Assembly (NCBI GenBank): GCA_964016885.1
Contig: OZ024740.1
Span: forward strand, 1-64,000
Source of the DNA: Eledone cirrhosa
Taxonomy: Eukaryota
Reading direction: 5' to 3'
Length of the DNA stretch: 64,000 nucleotides
How positions within the stretch are numbered: position 1 is the first letter of the stretch; the number at the start of each line of letters is the position of its first letter. The translations under genes were made by a program, and so were the position numbers. Positions 59,274-64,000 of this stretch are shown here, in pieces. Below the pieces are notes generated by a model, which had not been told where the DNA came from, did no database searches, and saw only the letters and a program-made list of their open reading frames with translations.

Positions 59274-62200
59274 ATCATCATCATCATCATCAGGTTTAGC
59301 GTCCGTGTTCCACGCTTGCATGGGTTTGGACGGGGGTTTTCCCACTTGTGGCAAGAGTGGTTGTCTTGCTCGCATAGGACTGTCTGGCGGGTTTTCTACA
59401 GTTGGATGCCCTTCCTAACACCAACCACATTTACAGTGTGGGGCTGGGAGGTTTTTACCGTGTTGCCTACACGGCCACATTACAGCGTGGACTGTCTGGC
59501 GGGTTTTCTACAGCTGGATGCCCTTCCTAACACCAACCACATTTACAGTGTGGGGCTGGGAGGTTTTGACCGTGTTGCCTACACGGCCACATTTACAGCG
59601 TGGACTGTGTGTTTTTTGTCGTGACACCTACACGATCTCATTTGTTTCGGCCTGGATGTTGTGGGACCAACATAACTTTACATTGAAAGGGGCGGTGTGG
59701 GTGGGGTGGAGGTGGTGGGACGGGGGTGTGTTTTGATAGAGATGCCTACTGACTGTAGTAGGTTTTTACTTTGTATTTAGGTAAGGCGGGTCTTCTCTAT
59801 TACTGAGTACCGCCAAAGGTCTCGGTCCAGTGACATTGTCTTGGAGAGGTGTAAGCGTGTGAGGTCGGAATTTATCAGCTCGTCCCATGTTTTTCTGGGT
59901 CTGCCTACTCCGTGGCTACCGTCTATCTTTATTGCCCTGCACTTTGTTATACAGCTGTCGTCTTTCATGCGCATCACGTGACCGTACCAACGTAGCCTTC
60001 TCTCGAGTAAACAACATCTGATCCCTCTTATTTCTAATTTTTTCCTTAGTTCGTTTATGCTTTGCCGTTCACGTATATTACTATTGCACATCCAGCGGAG
60101 CATGCAAGCTTCGTTCCTCTCTAGTCTGCGTATATCCCCTGCACACAATGCCCAGGTCTCACTGCCATGCAGCATTGCTGTTCGTATGCAGGCATCGTAT
60201 AACCTGCCTTTCATTTTTAGGGAGAACCCTCTAGCGGCTAATAGTGGTATAAGCTCTCTGAACTTTTTCCATCCAGTTCTGACTCTAGCTACTGTACTTT
60301 CAGAGCACCCTCCCCCACTGCTGATTTTGTCACCCAGATAACGGAAGCTGTCCACTATTTCTATAGAACCCTCTGCGCAGTTGAAGGAGCTAGTATTTTG
60401 TGGGCACTTGCTGCTACTTATTGCACCAGAGCACCGGCCACATGTAAAATCTATGTTCTTAGTTAGCTTACCTGTGATCCCACTACATCTTTTATGCACC
60501 CATACTTTGCATTTGGGACATAAAATGGAGTTTCTACCTACGCCTTTCCTGCACACTGAGCATGGCCATTTCCCAGATGGGACCGCCGCCTTATTTTCTT
60601 TCCTACAAACTAGAACTTTAGTCTTAGCCAGGTTAATTTTAAGGCCTTTTGATTCTAGGCCGTGCTTCCATGTTTGGAATTTCTTCTCTAGTTCGGTCAT
60701 TGATTCAGCTATGAGCGTTAGATCATCTGCGTATAGGAGTTCCCATGGGCAGCTGGTCTTGAACTCCTCTGTTATAGCCTGAAGGGCAATAATAAATAGT
60801 AGGGGGCTAAGAACAGAGCCCTGATGGACACCAACTTTTACGCTAAACTCTTCACTATATTCGTTGTTAATTCTAACCTTACTGACTGTTTCTTTATACA
60901 TGGCTTGTATAGCTCTCACAAGCCATTCGTCAACACCTAGTTTTCTAAGAGACCACCAGATAATGGAACGGGGGACTCTGTCGAAGGCTTTCTCCAAGTC
61001 GACGAAAGCTAAGTATAGGGGTTTACTTTTAGCTAGGTACTTCTCCTGTAGTTGTCGTACAATGAAAAGAGCGTCTGTGGTACTTTTGCCTGACACAAAC
61101 CCGAACTGCATTTCATCTAGATCAATTCTCTCTCTGATTAGTTGCGCTATTACTTTTTCCGTGACCTTCATGACCTGGTCGATTAATTTAATGCCTCTAT
61201 AGTTACTCCTATCTAGGGCATCTCCTTTTCCCTTATAGCAGTTAACGATGATGCTGTTACGCCATTCCTTCGGAACAACCCCATTCTGTACGACTTGGTT
61301 AACTATCCGGGTGACCATGGTGTGTCCCACCGAACCAGATGCCTTCAGCATCTCAGCAACTATTTCCGAAGGCCCAGCCGCCTTACCCGTCTTCATATCT
61401 TTGATTGCCTTACTTATTATACTACCTTCAACTAACACTGCTGGTCCCTCTATTGGATCGATCTGGGGGAGACTGTCTTTCTCCCATTTGTTCTCCTCGT
61501 TTAGAAGCCTTTCGTAGTGACACTTCCAAGCTACCTTCTTATCAGCGTCGGTGATGGCAAGTATGCCATCATCGTTAAGTACACACTTCTCCCCGACAAT
61601 ATCACGGTTTTCCTTGACACATTGCCTGGCAATCCTGAACACCTCACGTTTTTGGTCCTCACGTTGTAGAACATGCTTGAACTTTCTTTCCTCTGCTTCC
61701 CTTCTTGCGAAGTACACTTGTCTCCTAGCTTCCCTCCTGGCCACTTGATAGTCTTCTCTACTTCCCCCATCCCGCCATACTTTCCAAGCCTGCTTTTTGG
61801 CCTTAATTGACTCCTCCACCTTACTGTTCCACCACCATGTTACTCTCCTCCTACATACAGGCCTGCTCCAGCCACAGACTTCGTCTGCCGCCGTCAGCAG
61901 GTTTGCTCTCAGGAATTCCCACTGTTCCTCTATATTATACGACTCTAATTGCTCTTCCTTACTGTCGAAAGCGTCAAGTAATATGCTTTGAAATTTATTT
62001 CTGGCTATGGGGTCCTTTAGCTTCCATATTTTTCTCCTGAGGATAGTCCTCTTCTGTTGTCTAGTCCGTCTCGTCCTGACTATTAGGTCGCTAATTATCA
62101 GTCTATGTTGGGAGGTGAATTCTTCATGGGGGTGGGATTTAGTGTTAACAACAGACACTCTGTCATGTCTTCTGGTAAGGATATAATCTACCTGGCTTGT

Positions 62201-63240
62201 GTGTTCCCCTGATCTATAGGTGATCAAGTGATTGTCTCGTTTTTTGAAGTTAGTGTTACAGATAGTTAAGTTATTTGCGTCGCAGAATTCCAGGATTCTG
62301 GAGCCTTCCTCATTTCTAGTACCGAACCCATAGCCTCCATGGATTCCATCATAGCCATCACAATGTTGTCCAACGTGACCAGTTAGATCGCCTGCAATAA
62401 CTATATAGTCACTGTCGGTTATTTGGGAGGTAGCGAGCATCAGTATCTAGTAGAATCTGTCTTTTATAGCGCCGGGCAGTCCGGATTGGGGTGCGTACGC
62501 AGATATTACTGTCACCGTAGTTTTATTGAGGACAAGTCTTATTTTAATTATTCTGTCGTTCACTCTATTTACGTCTATTATCTTATCTGCCCACTTTTCT
62601 GCTACCATGATTCCTACCCCACCCAACCCATTGTCATTTCCCACCCAGAAAAGCTTATAGCATCGTTCTTTACCCACGATGAATCTAGCCGACCCTCCCC
62701 TCCACCTGGTCTCTTGAATACAACAAACATCGACCTCCTTACGTTCAAGCATTTCTACAACCTCGTTAGAGCGACCCTTTAAGGTGCCTACATTCATGGT
62801 ACCAACTCTGAAGTTTTGGATTGCGTTTGCAGAGTGGGAGCGGTGGGGCGCGGGGGGGGGGGGGATGGGGTTATGTTAGCCATCCTGGGCCGAAACAAGG
62901 AGGAGTGCTTGCATTCTCGTCCACGAGGTGAATTTGGCTTTATCTTTGGCATTGTCGCTGAGCGTCCACATTTTTCTCTCTTCAACTCTCCAGAATTCCG
63001 TAGTCCATCCATCATATCGAAAAGCCACCAGTTAAGCGATAGTATGGGCCTCTGACTTATGATTGGTCCACGTAATAATGGTGGTGCGTGGGGGCGGGAG
63101 GGAGGGATGATGGGTTGTTAGCGAGAATGTAAGGTTTAAGATAAGATCGCCGTATTTTGGGCATAATTTAACAATAAACGAAAATACAAGATTTGTTTTG
63201 TTTAAGAAATACGATAGAGAAAATGCGGTGATAGGGAAAA
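59274..63240 (-). mobile_element. RTE subfamily A, near full-length copy with frameshifts (5' boundary approximate)
   Basis: ORFs 62447-62797 and 59777-62440 give APE + RT + PHD insert. The 3' UTR has an internal duplication (59378-59487 / 59488-59606). (CAT)n tail. Confidence 0.93.
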
Positions 63241-63320
63241 TATTTGTTTATATATATGTATATATATATATATATGTATATATATATGTATATATATATA
63301 TATATGTATATATATATGTG

Positions 63321-63353
<33 letters not shown>

Positions 63354-63392
63354 GTATATATATATGTGTATATATATATATATGTGTATATA

Positions 63393-63453
<61 letters not shown>

Positions 63454-63471
63454 GTGTATATATATATATAT

Positions 63472-63503
<32 letters not shown>

Positions 63504-63764
63504 GTATATATATGTATATGTATATATGTATATATATGTATATGTATATATATGTATATGTATATATATGTATATATATATATATGTATATATATATGTA
63601 TATATATATATGTATATATATATGTATATGTATATATATGTATATGTATATATATGTATATATATATATGTATATATATGTATATGTATATATATGTATA
63701 TATATGTATATGTATATATATGTATATATATATATGTATATATATGTATGTATATATATATGTA

Positions 63765-64000
63765 TCATCATCATCATCACCGTTTTACGTCCGTTCTTCC
63801 ACGCTAGCATGGGTTAGACGGGTTGTCCTGTTGTGGGCAGTGTCTGGTCGGCTGACCATGCCTTGCTCATACAGGAACTGATCTGGCTTGATTTCTACAG
63901 CTGGATGCCCTTCTTAACACCAACCTCATTTACAGTGAGTGCTGGGTGCTTTTTCGTGGCGCCTACACATCCACTTTACAGTGTGGGCTGGGTGCTTTTT
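63765..64000 (-). mobile_element. 3' end of another RTE subfamily B copy, running off the window
   Basis: Nearly identical to 49435-49670. Confidence 0.92.

Noticed and set aside
49863-62782. Antisense ORFs overlapping the RTE ORFs (e.g. 50349-50978, 57164-57793)
   Set aside because: Shadow frames of the TE coding sequence with no recognisable domains. The antisense ORFs over the Gypsy pol genes were rejected for the same reason.

Overview
Eukaryotic, AT-rich and repeat-dense DNA. The SINE and LINE types suggest a cephalopod, probably Octopus (inference). The only host gene I can see is the 5' part of an ELP2 (Elongator subunit 2, WD40)-like gene on the + strand: coding exon 1 at 10396-10521 and exon 2 at 31184-31289. 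Its introns and upstream region are filled with mobile DNA: three Ty3/Gypsy LTR retrotransposons, two young RTE-clade LINE subfamilies whose RT carries an inserted PHD-type finger, tRNA-derived SINEs, a CR1-like fragment and long (TA)n/(TATG)n microsatellites. The most notable signal is a Penelope-like element (PLE) / hammerhead-ribozyme system with two parts. (i) An ~11-kb head-to-head palindrome (37103-48065) is formed by a 5'-truncated RT-GIY-YIG PLE; each arm has a ~3.7-kb microsatellite-rich 3' tail ending in a hammerhead with a ~116-nt stem II. (ii) At least three families of small non-coding elements carry compact type I hammerheads with covarying stems and nearby octamer motifs, and they repeat the same head-to-head fold-back geometry. 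They look like non-autonomous retrozyme-type passengers of the PLE machinery. All calls are from reading the sequence by eye; no database search or folding program was run.
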